A stretch of 64,000 nucleotides of DNA from Thermoplasmata archaeon (GCA_028864975.1 JAGWLG010000004.1:1-64000), one strand, 5' to 3'; shown: positions 28,699-37,706, numbered from the stretch's first letter. Notes: a model not told the origin generated them from the sequence alone. Numbers and translations: made by a program.

Positions 28699-28907
28699 AA
28701 GAACTCAGGTGCTGACGGCGCTAGAACCTGCGGCCAGTGCGCCACGGTTGTGATCTCTTCGTCACGGCGGGGAGGCAGCCCCGCAGTCCCCGCCTGAAAC
28801 GGTTGCGCCATCTCGAGCTCCCCTCTAGAACTCGGTTTCACGTCCTCTCGAGGGTTCATCTTCTCGGACCGCTCGTCCCTCTCTCCCCTTACGCCCCGGA
28901 GCTCCCC

Positions 28908-30218
28908 TTGCACCTCTCCTACCAGTACCGGATCTATCCTCGCCCCTCGCAGGAGGCCACCCTCGAATCCTGGAGGAAGGAGCTGGGCTATCTATGGAAC
29001 TTCGCCCTCGCTCAGCGGAAGGACGCCTGGGAGCGCGAGCACCGCCCCGTTTCCTACCTCGACCAGCAGGAGAGCCTGGCCACTTGGAGGAGCTTCGACG
29101 CTCGGGGGTTGGGGCAGGTCCGTTACGTGGTCGCCCAGAACCTGCTCCAGGAGCTCGATCTCGCCTACCGCTCCTTCTTCCGCAGAGTGAAGGACGGGGA
29201 GCGGCGACCGGGGTACCCTCGGTTCAAGAAAGACGGCACGGTCCGCTCCTTCCGCTTCAACTACGCGGACACCTACGTCAAGATCGGGACCTCGGCGACA
29301 GACCGGCGGGTCCGGCTCTCCGGGATCGGGTACGTTCCCATCGTGGTTCACCGCGAGCCCCCCGCTGATGGGAAGCTCCTCACCGCCACGGTCTCCCGCG
29401 AGGCGGACCGCTGGCTCCTGACGCTCGTCTACGAACTACCGGACCCTGCTCCGCCCCCTCCCCCCGAGGTGGCGCCCGCGAACCCTGTCGGGATCGACCT
29501 GGGGATCATGCACCCCCTCGCCCTTTCCACCGGAGAGGTGGTCGAACCTCTGCGTCCCCTTGAGGCGGCGGAGGAGCGGCTGAAGCGGGAACAGCGACGA
29601 CTCGCTCGGAAGGAGAAGGGGTCGAACAACCACCGCAAGCAGGCGGCGAAGGTGGCGCGCTGCCATCAGAGGGTCGCGGACCGTCGCAAGGACCTCTGCC
29701 ACAAGCTGACCTCCCGTATTGCGCGCGAGCACGACCTGGTGGCGGTGGAGGCGCTGAACGTCCCGGGGATGGTCCGCGGGCCGCTTGCGAAGGCGATCCT
29801 GGACGCGCCGTGGGGGAGGATGCGGTCGATGCTGGAGTACAAGCTCGCTATGAGGTCGGGGCGCTACGTGGAAGTGGACCCGCGGGGGACCACCCAGACG
29901 TGCTCGGCGTGCGGGCGGGTCGCCGACCCACCGCTTGCGCTGGGGGAGCGCGTGTTTGCCTGTCCCTGCAGGCATCGCGAGGACCGTGACGTGAACGCGG
30001 CTCGCAACGTGCTGCATCGTGGATGTGACAGCGTACGGCGGATGTCGTCGGAAGTGAAGCCTGCGGAGAGGACGCCACCACCGCGGACCGGGGGCCGTCG
30101 GGTCTACCGGGGGCGGCGAGCGACCTCGAGGAACCAGGAAGACGCCTCACGACCGGAGGGGGAGGGCTCTCCCGGGGCCATCCCCGGGCGGCGCAAGCCC
30201 CCCGGCCGGCGAGGCTGA
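28908..30218 (+). CDS. tnpB: TnpB RNA-guided endonuclease (IS200/IS605 OrfB family)
   Basis: YQYRIYP..SQ and LWN HTH, GYPRFKK, RuvC GIDLG and VAVEAL, TTQTCSAC...CPC, DRDVNAARN; all three acidic residues present. TTG start. Confidence 0.95.
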   Translation: MHLSYQYRIYPRPSQEATLESWRKELGYLWNFALAQRKDAWEREHRPVSYLDQQESLATWRSFDARGLGQVRYVVAQNLLQELDLAYRSFFRRVKDGERRPGYPRFKKDGTVRSFRFNYADTYVKIGTSATDRRVRLSGIGYVPIVVHREPPADGKLLTATVSREADRWLLTLVYELPDPAPPPPPEVAPANPVGIDLGIMHPLALSTGEVVEPLRPLEAAEERLKREQRRLARKEKGSNNHRKQAAKVARCHQRVADRRKDLCHKLTSRIAREHDLVAVEALNVPGMVRGPLAKAILDAPWGRMRSMLEYKLAMRSGRYVEVDPRGTTQTCSACGRVADPPLALGERVFACPCRHREDRDVNAARNVLHRGCDSVRRMSSEVKPAERTPPPRTGGRRVYRGRRATSRNQEDASRPEGEGSPGAIPGRRKPPGRRG

Positions 30219-30860
30219 ACATATACGGGGTTTGCTGCCTTCCGCGAAAGGGTCGGGTCGGAGGGACGGCAGGAGCACGGCGAAGCGTGCCCAGTCGTCC
30301 CGCCATCGCTCTCCGTAGCGCTTCGAGTGGAGGGTCGAGGCGGGGTGGAGCATCGGAAAGAGTGTCCGCCCCCAGATGGTGGCCGCGTGGCCCGCCGCAC
30401 GGGAGATGGGAAGTTCCTCCGGCGCGAACGCCTCGAGAGCGTGCGTGCCAAGGGTGACCAGCACGCGGGGGTCGAGCGTGCCGAACTTCGCTTCGAGCCA
30501 AGGTCGGCAAGCGGCGGCGGCCCTGCGGTCGAAGCGGTTCTGCGGGGGCCGGCACATGATCACGTTCGTGACCCCCCAGTCCCTGGGGCGAAGCCCCGAG
30601 GCCGCCACCGCCCGGTCGAGGATCCGCCCCGCCCTGCCGACGAACGGGAGACCGGAGGCGTCCTCTTCCTTCCCGGGGGCCTCTCCGATGAACAGGACCC
30701 AGGGGCGCGGCGCTCCTCGATAGACCACGACCTGATGCCGAAGGGAGGCGAGATGGCAACGGACGCACGCCTTCATCTCAAGTTCGAGGGCCGCCCACGG
30801 CACGACGGCCTCGGGAAGGCTGACGGGATGGAGCCGCAGACGCCGCCGACGCTCGGTCAA
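30147..30860 (-). CDS. udg: Family 4 uracil-DNA glycosylase; C-terminus altered by the insertion
   Basis: CVRC, FIGEAPG.EED..G.PFVG.AG, TNVIMCRPP.NR, ACRPW, PMLHPAS. Confidence 0.93.
   Translation of the reverse strand: MTERRRRLRLHPVSLPEAVVPWAALELEMKACVRCHLASLRHQVVVYRGAPRPWVLFIGEAPGKEEDASGLPFVGRAGRILDRAVAASGLRPRDWGVTNVIMCRPPQNRFDRRAAAACRPWLEAKFGTLDPRVLVTLGTHALEAFAPEELPISRAAGHAATIWGRTLFPMLHPASTLHSKRYGERWRDDWARFAVLLPSLRPDPFAEGSKPRICSASPAGGLAPPGDGPGRALPLRS
30205..30226 (-). repeat. Right terminal inverted repeat (contains the tnpB TGA stop)
   Basis: GCCGGCGAGGCTGAACATATAC. Confidence 0.85.
30227..30234. repeat. Right target-site duplication GGGGTTTG
   Basis: Identical to 28669-28676. Confidence 0.85.
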
Positions 30861-33800
30861 GGAGGCCCTACCGTAGGTGCGCCGCGATCGGGACCGGCGG
30901 GAGAGGACGCTTCGGCCTCGCGCATGAGGCGCTCGGACTCCTCGCGCAGGCGGGGCGCTTCCTCAGCATGTCCCTCGCGTTCCAGAAGCTCCGCCTCCAG
31001 CGCCATGCCCCTCCCTTCGAGGTACCGAGCTTGGGGGCGGCCCGTGAGGAAGCCCTTCGCCTCGTTCAGGTAACGTCTCGCACGAGGAGCGTCGGGGACC
31101 CTCAAGGCGAGACGGGTCATCCAGAGCCGAAGCTCGGCCTGGTCCTCCACCTCCTCGTCCCGCAGAGCGGGAGCGTTCTTCTCGAGCGAATCTAAGACCT
31201 CTGTCAGGGCGTGCGGGTCCTCGGAGAGGGCCCCCTCGGCCTCGGCCATCAGGATCCTCCCTTCGGCCAGGTGCTCCTCGCGTCCGATGCGCAGCGCGAT
31301 TTCGACGGCCTCCCGCGCGAGCTCCTTGGCCTCGACGAACCGGCCGAGGTTGAGGTAGACCCTCCCGAGCACCATCTTGGCCGCGGTCAGTCCCCGCTCG
31401 ACGCCGAACTTGAGAGCGAGCGCCAGGGACTCCTTCGCGAGCTCCTCCGCATGCTTGAGGTCTCCCGAGTAGGTGAGCACCCAGGCAGCGCTCGAGAGCG
31501 TGAAGCAGCTCGGCAGGACGGTCCCGGCCCGTTGGGCGTAGAGGTGAGCCTCGTGGAAGTCGTGGAAGGCGCTCTTGGCATCTCCCTCGCGCATGTGGAG
31601 CGCCGCGCGGGTGTTGAGGGCGGAGGAGAGGCGAACCGTGGCCCCGCAAGCCTGCGCGATCTCGATGCCCCGGTCCAGGAGCCCCCGGGCCTCCTCGATC
31701 TGCCCGGTGACGATCATGCAGTAGGCCTTCTGGATGAAGGCGGCCGCGCGCACGGGGCTCGGGCCCTCTCCCTCCGTCAGCTCGATCGCTTTCGTGAGGA
31801 CGGGGATCCCTTCCCTCCAGGCGTTCCGTCCCGAGGCCGTGAGCCCGAGGGTGACGCAGGCCAGGGCCTCTTGGGCGCGGGAGACGCTCCCGGGCCGGGC
31901 CTCGGCTAGCTCCAGGACCTCGTGAGCACGCCTCTCCGACTCTTGCACGCTCAGGTCGCGGGTGGCCCATGCGAGGTCGGCCATGAGCTCCGCCTTCGCC
32001 GCGGGTGAAGGCTCCTCGGAGAGTAGTTTGAGCAGGGCGTCGTGCAGCACCTGATTGTTCCCGAGCCCGTCGAGCGCGAACGCGAGCCGTCCCTCCTCCA
32101 GGATCGCTTCCTCGCGCTTGCCCTCCGCGCCGGCTCCCGTCCCCTCGCTTCTGCGCATCTCGCGCAGCCACGCCAGGTAGGTCCCGCCCACCTCGACGGC
32201 CGAACGCGCGGTCGCGACCTGCAACGCCTTCACGATCCAGGGGCGGGCGCGCCGACCATCCCCTGCGTCGTGGTACAAGCGGGCCAGCTCTTCCGTCCTC
32301 TCAGGACGGTGCATCGACCACCACTCCGCGAGCTTGCCCGCGACCTCCCGGCGGGAGGCCGGCGCCATCTCGGCCAAGGTCACTTCCCCGACGAGCGGAT
32401 GCGCGCAGACCCAGCGCTCCCCCTCCGGTTCGATCAGCCGACGCCGTCGGTAGAGGTTCTCGAGGCGATCGAGCACCTCTCGGGCGGGGGTTCCCAGGAC
32501 CTCGGACACCGGGGAGAGCTCGAACTCGCTCCCGGAGACGGCCGCGCACTCGAGCACCCTTCGTTCCTCCGGGGGAAGCGCTTCGAGCCGCCGTGCGACC
32601 AAACGTCGTACAGAAGCGGGCAGGGACTCGGCCGCGTCGCTCGGGGGCAGGTCCAGCACCGCCCCCCGGGAGGTCCGTCGCAGGCGCCCCTCTTCGATGA
32701 GCTGGGCCAGGATCTCTCGCAGGAAGTACGGGTTGCCCTCGGTCCGGTGGACGAGACGGTCGACGGCGCTGCGCTCGGCGACCTCGACCGAGGGCGCGTC
32801 CACCGCGAGGGCGGCGAGACGGAGCACGTCCTCCGCCCCCAGCCCCTTGAGACCGAGCACCTGGAGCAGCCCCTCGCGGGAGAGGGCGTCGCGCGCCTCC
32901 TCGAGACCGGTGAAGGCGACCGCCCGTTCGGGGCTCTCCTCCTCGCGAAAGGCGACGACCAGAAGGACCGGGAGCCCCGACTGGTTCCGTGCGAGGAACT
33001 GGAAGGCCGAGACCGATTGCGGGTCGGCCCACTGAAGGTCGTCCAGGATGAGGAGCTGCGGGGCGCGGCCCGCCGCTTCCTCGAGCATCGAGAGGTAGCG
33101 CATCAGGGTCGCGGCGGGGGTCTCGGGTCCAGATGAGGGGGAAGCTCCCTTGTCCGCGGCGGCCTTCGGGTCCTCCCGTTCCACCTCAGCGTCGGACTCC
33201 AGCAGGGAGACCTCCCGGGGCTCCAGGGCCGACGGATTGAGCGTGGTCAGAAGATGGCCGTCCGTCTCCGAGGCGACGTCGTGCAGGAACTGCAGGAGCC
33301 GCAGGACCGGAGGGAAGGCGTTCTGGCTCACGAGGTACTCGAGCCCCTCGACGGCGACGACCCGTCCTGGACCCCCTCGCAGGTGCGCCTCGAGCCTCTC
33401 CCCGAGCGCATCGATCGCCCCGGGGGCCACGTGGTCGCTCCCTTCCAGACGTGTCATCCAGAGGAGGGTCGCGCCATCCTTCAGTGCGGGTCGGGTCTCT
33501 CGGAGCGAGCTCGGCTTCTCCCGCGTCACGAGGAGGAGCGAGGACCCTCGTGCGGCCTCTTCGACCTGGTTCCAGAACCTTCGGGGCCGCCCCTCCTCCA
33601 CGATCCTCATCGTGGGAAGCGCGGGGTCCGTAGGAGCGTCCTCGCCTCGGGGAACGTTCGGGGGGACCGAGCCCCGCCGGAACACCTGCTCGAACGGGAA
33701 GAACGGGGCCAGCGACTCCTTGAGGCACCCCCCCGCCCGTACCTCGAAGCCTCTTCCTCGCGCCTCCTCCTCCAGCCATCGGAGCAGCCGCGTCTTCCCC

Positions 33801-33955
33801 ATGCCTCCCGGGCCGGTCAGGGCCCAGCTCTCGCCCCGGCCCCCGGCGGCGCGCTCGAGGGCCGCGCGGAGGTCGCGGGTCTCGCGTTCCCGCCCGACGA
33901 GCGGCGGCTGGAGCGCTCGGCCCGATGCTGGAGGGGAGTCCCGCGATATCTCCAC
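30857..33955 (-). CDS. STAND/AAA_16-type ATPase with nested DUF835-like domain, winged helix and TPR repeats
   Basis: LVGRERE, GPGGMGKT, LILDDLQWAD, RTEGNPYFL, H.LV.E and TPR helices; DUF835-like insert (LLVTRE, LWMT, VAVEGLEYL..QN.F, LNPSAL). Start GTG 33955 or ATG 34126. Confidence 0.88.
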   Translation of the reverse strand: MEISRDSPPASGRALQPPLVGRERETRDLRAALERAAGGRGESWALTGPGGMGKTRLLRWLEEEARGRGFEVRAGGCLKESLAPFFPFEQVFRRGSVPPNVPRGEDAPTDPALPTMRIVEEGRPRRFWNQVEEAARGSSLLLVTREKPSSLRETRPALKDGATLLWMTRLEGSDHVAPGAIDALGERLEAHLRGGPGRVVAVEGLEYLVSQNAFPPVLRLLQFLHDVASETDGHLLTTLNPSALEPREVSLLESDAEVEREDPKAAADKGASPSSGPETPAATLMRYLSMLEEAAGRAPQLLILDDLQWADPQSVSAFQFLARNQSGLPVLLVVAFREEESPERAVAFTGLEEARDALSREGLLQVLGLKGLGAEDVLRLAALAVDAPSVEVAERSAVDRLVHRTEGNPYFLREILAQLIEEGRLRRTSRGAVLDLPPSDAAESLPASVRRLVARRLEALPPEERRVLECAAVSGSEFELSPVSEVLGTPAREVLDRLENLYRRRRLIEPEGERWVCAHPLVGEVTLAEMAPASRREVAGKLAEWWSMHRPERTEELARLYHDAGDGRRARPWIVKALQVATARSAVEVGGTYLAWLREMRRSEGTGAGAEGKREEAILEEGRLAFALDGLGNNQVLHDALLKLLSEEPSPAAKAELMADLAWATRDLSVQESERRAHEVLELAEARPGSVSRAQEALACVTLGLTASGRNAWREGIPVLTKAIELTEGEGPSPVRAAAFIQKAYCMIVTGQIEEARGLLDRGIEIAQACGATVRLSSALNTRAALHMREGDAKSAFHDFHEAHLYAQRAGTVLPSCFTLSSAAWVLTYSGDLKHAEELAKESLALALKFGVERGLTAAKMVLGRVYLNLGRFVEAKELAREAVEIALRIGREEHLAEGRILMAEAEGALSEDPHALTEVLDSLEKNAPALRDEEVEDQAELRLWMTRLALRVPDAPRARRYLNEAKGFLTGRPQARYLEGRGMALEAELLEREGHAEEAPRLREESERLMREAEASSPAGPDRGAPTVGPP

Positions 33956-34224
33956 GGGCCGCGTCAGAGCTTTCTGCCGTAAGAGCGTGCCCGTTACCGG
34001 ACCGTTCCAAAGCGAAGAGTGGTTGGGGTTCGGGCGACTGATGTGGGGCAACTCGTCTAAGAGCTGAACCCACCTGCCCGACAGCAGCTCCACCGGTAAT
34101 GGGGGATGCGACAAACCACCTCGCATAGGGCCACCGGGCTCTCGACGTTGTGGAACGGTGACGAACGCAGAGAGAGCTCGTCCCCGGCCGCGCGGTTCAA
34201 ATCCTTCTCCCTCATGACTACCGC

Positions 34225-34542
34225 GTGGCGTGTCTCGCCTGTGGCTCCCAGAGCGCCGGCTACCGGAGTAGCTGCGGAGCCTTTCTATGCCAGAAGTGCG
34301 CTTCGCGCCCCTGCCCCTCCTGTGGAGAGAAGTACGATACCCTGATGCTCAACTACCTGCCGGCCCAGCCGGAGACCGCCCTTCCCGTCCCGACCGGTTC
34401 GCGCTTCGCCCCCCCTCCTCCTCCGCAACCCCAGGTCATCTACCGTGAGACCATCGTCGTCAAGATCCCGTGCAAGCACTGCGGCTATCTGAACCTCAAC
34501 ACTGACCCGCGGTGCTCGAGCTGCGGGGCACCATCAAAGTAG
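34225..34542 (+). CDS. Multi-zinc-ribbon protein with poly-Pro linker
   Basis: CLAC, CSSC, CQKC, CPSC, then PPPPPQP, then CKHC and CSSC. Confidence 0.8.
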   Translation: MACLACGSQSAGYRSSCGAFLCQKCASRPCPSCGEKYDTLMLNYLPAQPETALPVPTGSRFAPPPPPQPQVIYRETIVVKIPCKHCGYLNLNTDPRCSSCGAPSK

Positions 34543-34882
34543 TAGGACGCTTGCACCCCGTCGAGGTCTCCGACCTTTCACCTCTGCCAGTGGACCGCCC
34601 AAGATGCGGAGGGACCGAAGCACACCACGACGGGCCTGACGCGGAAGTCCACCGGAGGCCAGGACCGAGGAACGGGAGCTTCGTCGCGCTGGCCATGGGG
34701 AACCAGGCGGAGCACTCGCTCCCGACATTCTCGGCGAGCTCGGGTCCTCGAGGAGAAGTTGAGAGGCCGTGGTTCATTGCCCCCAAACGAGAGGTCATTC
34801 GTGTCGGGGGGCAAGACGCATTCCTCCCTCCTCAGCGCCCCTCGAAGCGAAGATTGAAGTCAAGCCGTACGGTGTCGACCCT

Positions 34883-37342
34883 GTGGCGGTTCCACGGCAA
34901 GCGGTTCTCGGTCGTATACTCTCTCTGACCTTGGTACCCCTGCTCGTCCTCGGACTAGGGCTGGCGGCGGTCACCGCGACCAGCGGGCCACCCAAGAGTG
35001 GCTGCGTACTCCCCTCGCATTGCTCGTCGGAGCCATCCCGTGCCGGTGGCCGTCCTACGGGTTCGGCGCGAGCGCTTGCGCCTTCGGCCCCAGGACTGTC
35101 CATCCCGTCGGTGCAGGGGCCACCGCACGGTCGTGGCTCGACGGGCGACCCCCCAGGTCGCGCGAACGAAGCGGGGCCCTCAAGCGACCACGGGGTCGTC
35201 CTACCAGGCCCCGAGGTCGTCACCCTTACAGGTCCTCAACAGGTCTCCACCTGGGGCGCCACCGATACCTACGTCGCGGTGCTGTCGGGGCCTCTGGTGC
35301 CTTCGAACTATACGTGGGACATCGACGAGCAGGCCGCCGGCGGCGTTGTCGAGCACACCACGGTGCCTACCGTCGATGTCACTTGGACCGCGGCGATGTG
35401 CTACAGCGGCGTCGTCAACACCATCTTCGCCGTGAGCGTCACCGTCTCGTTCCAATCGACCCCTCTGATCCCCAACCCTCGAGGGGGTTACGACTCTATG
35501 ACCGCAGAGCTCGTTGTCTACCCACCCACGTCCCCCCCAACGGGTTGCTACTCCTCTCCCCCTCCCTATCTCCTGTACAGCCTGTCAAGTTGGGGGGATC
35601 GGCCGCAGGTCTTCCTCCACCCGACCTCGTACGCTAACACGACGAGTCATGTATGGCTCAACACGACCGCGGGAGCCACGGGGGCCTCCGTGACCGTCTG
35701 CGATCTTCCCGTGACCACATGCAGCCCCTCGTACACAAACATGACGGGCAACTTCGACTTCCTCGCGCAGTTCTACCCTAGTTCCGGGTGCTGTGGCTTT
35801 GGCCCGGGATGGACCGGCATCACGGTCGTCATGGACTACGTTCCCTTCCAGTCGGTGGGGAAGTTCATGGTGCAGTTCTTCAATCTTGCCGACGGTCTCC
35901 AGGCCTCAGCCACCGCCTCTCCACTGCAGGGGGTCCTTCCTCTCCCCGTATCGTTCGGGTCCAGCGCTCGGGGCGGTCTCCCGCCCTACACGTTCAACTG
36001 GACCTTTGGTGACGGGACGTCCGTCTACTTCACGCAGAATCCTAACCACACGTTCACCTCGACAGGTACCTTCCATGCGTGGCTCAACGTGACCGATTCG
36101 CTGGGTTTCTCCGTGAGCGTTGCGCTTCCCGCGATCGCGGTGGTCAGTCCCCTGAGCGCGGTCATCGTCCCTAGCTCCGTCGCCGGCCCCCCGCCCTTCA
36201 CAGTGAGCTTGGCAGCTTCCCTATCCGGAGGTCTGCCCCCCTTCCAGTACTCATGGGACCTGGGCAACGGTGCGACGGCGAGCGGGCCCTCGACGGCGGC
36301 CACCTACGTCCAACCGGGCGCCTACCTGGTCTCGCTCACGGTCTCCGATGCCCTCAGCGAGCTTGCCACGACCTACGCGATCCTGCGGGCCGACGGGGCA
36401 CCGACGTTCCCGGTGACATTCCAGGAGTCTGGACTTCCCTCGGGCGTCCAGTGGGGCGTGGCCGTAGATGGGGACCTGCCCCTGAGCACGGGCCCTTCGC
36501 TCACCGTGGACCTCCCCAATGCGACCTATGTCTACGGAGCCGTGGCAGCCGCGCGCTATCTCGCCCAGCCCGCCACGGGCATCTTCACCGTTCAGGGCAG
36601 CCCGGTCTCGGTTCACGTCTCCTTCGTGGCCTCTCCTGCGCCCTCGTTCCTCCTCGATTTTCTGTCGTCGGACCTACCACGAGGAGTCAACTGGACGGTG
36701 CACTTGGCCCACGGTGGTGTGCCCCTCGCGTCGGGAGGATGCGCCTGCGCGTCCGTCCCCTTCGTGGTCCCGAACGGAGCCTACGGTTTCACGGTTGGGG
36801 GCGCGTCGGGCTTCAAGTCCAACCGGACCGTGGGGAACGCTACGATTCAGGGAGCTGCCGACTTTGTCCTGATCGGCTGGGACCGTCTCTATCCCGTCGC
36901 ATTCAACGAAACGGGACTTCCGGCCTCCACGAATTGGTCGGTCCAGCTGGGTGGGGACAGGTGGAGCACGACCACGAACAGCGTGACCTTTGAGGCCGTC
37001 AATGGGACGTACAACTTCACGGTCCTCGGACCCCAGGGGTACCGAGCCTCTCCAGGTTCGGGCAGTCTGTCCGTACATGGGCCCGCCTTGGTTTCGATCA
37101 CTTTCTCCTCGTCGTCCTCAACCTGGGCCGGCTTAGCGGGCTTCTTCGCCCGCAATCCGTGGCTGGTGGTGGGCGCGGGCGCAAGTACGATCGCAGTCGC
37201 GCTGGGGATATGGCGATGGAAGAAGCCCCCATCCCGCCGGAGGACCGCGGCCACGAAGGGCGAGCCGTCGTCGGAGCCCTCGGGAGGATCTGGTCCATCC
37301 GATCCTAACTCTAGCACCCACGGCGGCACCAGCGTGAGCTGA
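34883..37342 (+). CDS. Secreted, membrane-anchored PKD-domain surface protein
   Basis: Signal peptide, PKD repeats (GGLPPY.F.W.FGDG, HTF), three V.F.ESGLP..W.V-type repeats, C-terminal TM followed by RWKK. Confidence 0.85.
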   Translation: MAVPRQAVLGRILSLTLVPLLVLGLGLAAVTATSGPPKSGCVLPSHCSSEPSRAGGRPTGSARALAPSAPGLSIPSVQGPPHGRGSTGDPPGRANEAGPSSDHGVVLPGPEVVTLTGPQQVSTWGATDTYVAVLSGPLVPSNYTWDIDEQAAGGVVEHTTVPTVDVTWTAAMCYSGVVNTIFAVSVTVSFQSTPLIPNPRGGYDSMTAELVVYPPTSPPTGCYSSPPPYLLYSLSSWGDRPQVFLHPTSYANTTSHVWLNTTAGATGASVTVCDLPVTTCSPSYTNMTGNFDFLAQFYPSSGCCGFGPGWTGITVVMDYVPFQSVGKFMVQFFNLADGLQASATASPLQGVLPLPVSFGSSARGGLPPYTFNWTFGDGTSVYFTQNPNHTFTSTGTFHAWLNVTDSLGFSVSVALPAIAVVSPLSAVIVPSSVAGPPPFTVSLAASLSGGLPPFQYSWDLGNGATASGPSTAATYVQPGAYLVSLTVSDALSELATTYAILRADGAPTFPVTFQESGLPSGVQWGVAVDGDLPLSTGPSLTVDLPNATYVYGAVAAARYLAQPATGIFTVQGSPVSVHVSFVASPAPSFLLDFLSSDLPRGVNWTVHLAHGGVPLASGGCACASVPFVVPNGAYGFTVGGASGFKSNRTVGNATIQGAADFVLIGWDRLYPVAFNETGLPASTNWSVQLGGDRWSTTTNSVTFEAVNGTYNFTVLGPQGYRASPGSGSLSVHGPALVSITFSSSSSTWAGLAGFFARNPWLVVGAGASTIAVALGIWRWKKPPSRRRTAATKGEPSSEPSGGSGPSDPNSSTHGGTSVS

Positions 37343-37706
37343 CTTCGCCGTCGTTACGAGCGACCTCGCAGACGGTAACGAAAGCAGACGGAGGACTGCA
37401 GCTCAAGTGCAGAAGGGCCCGCTGAGACCTCTACTTACGACTGCGAGTCATCTCGAGCCATCACGTGAACTCATGGACCCCTCGACGACCAGGTCGGCGT
37501 TCCATCACCCTACGGGGAGCTCCCGTCGGCGAGTAGCCCGATGTAGATCCCGGCGGGGTGCCTGCCCTTATCGACGAAGCGCGGGTCGGAGCCCAGGATG
37601 GCACTGGGTAGTCGTGGTCGAAAAGCCGTGAGGGGTGCTCATGGAGTCCCGGCGACCCATCCGCTCCCAGTTTCGGGCGCGCTCTCTCAGGCCGCTCAGC
37701 GTACAG

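Larger units (their letters stand above)
28677..30226 (+). mobile_element. Non-autonomous 1550-bp tnpB-carrying element with TIRs and 8-bp TSD (IS66-like ends)
   Basis: Ends GTATGTGTTCAGC...GCTGAACATATAC, flanked by a GGGGTTTG direct repeat. tnpB is the only gene. Excision restores the udg stop and the udg-polB spacing. Confidence 0.85.
30040..30246 (+). ncRNA. Predicted TnpB reRNA (scaffold overlapping the tnpB 3' end, plus flank-derived guide); limits approximate
   Basis: GAAGTGAAGCCTGCGGAG and GGAACCAGGAAG segments resemble tnpB 3' RNA elements; GCAA-capped hairpin at 30184-30205. Position inferred from known TnpB biology. Confidence 0.55.

Noticed and set aside
28737-28907. N-terminal extension of TnpB given by the ORF track
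   Set aside because: No similarity to TnpB motifs; the HTH begins right after TTG 28908, so the upstream part is treated as non-coding element arm.
28699-28907. Group I intron (IStron) or hammerhead ribozyme in the element's left arm
   Set aside because: No P7 R/S consensus, and the hammerhead-like GATGA...GAAAC on the minus strand lacks the CUGA core.
37343-37700. Possible small gene between the PKD protein and rps12
   Set aside because: Only short, mutually overlapping frames with no recognisable motif.
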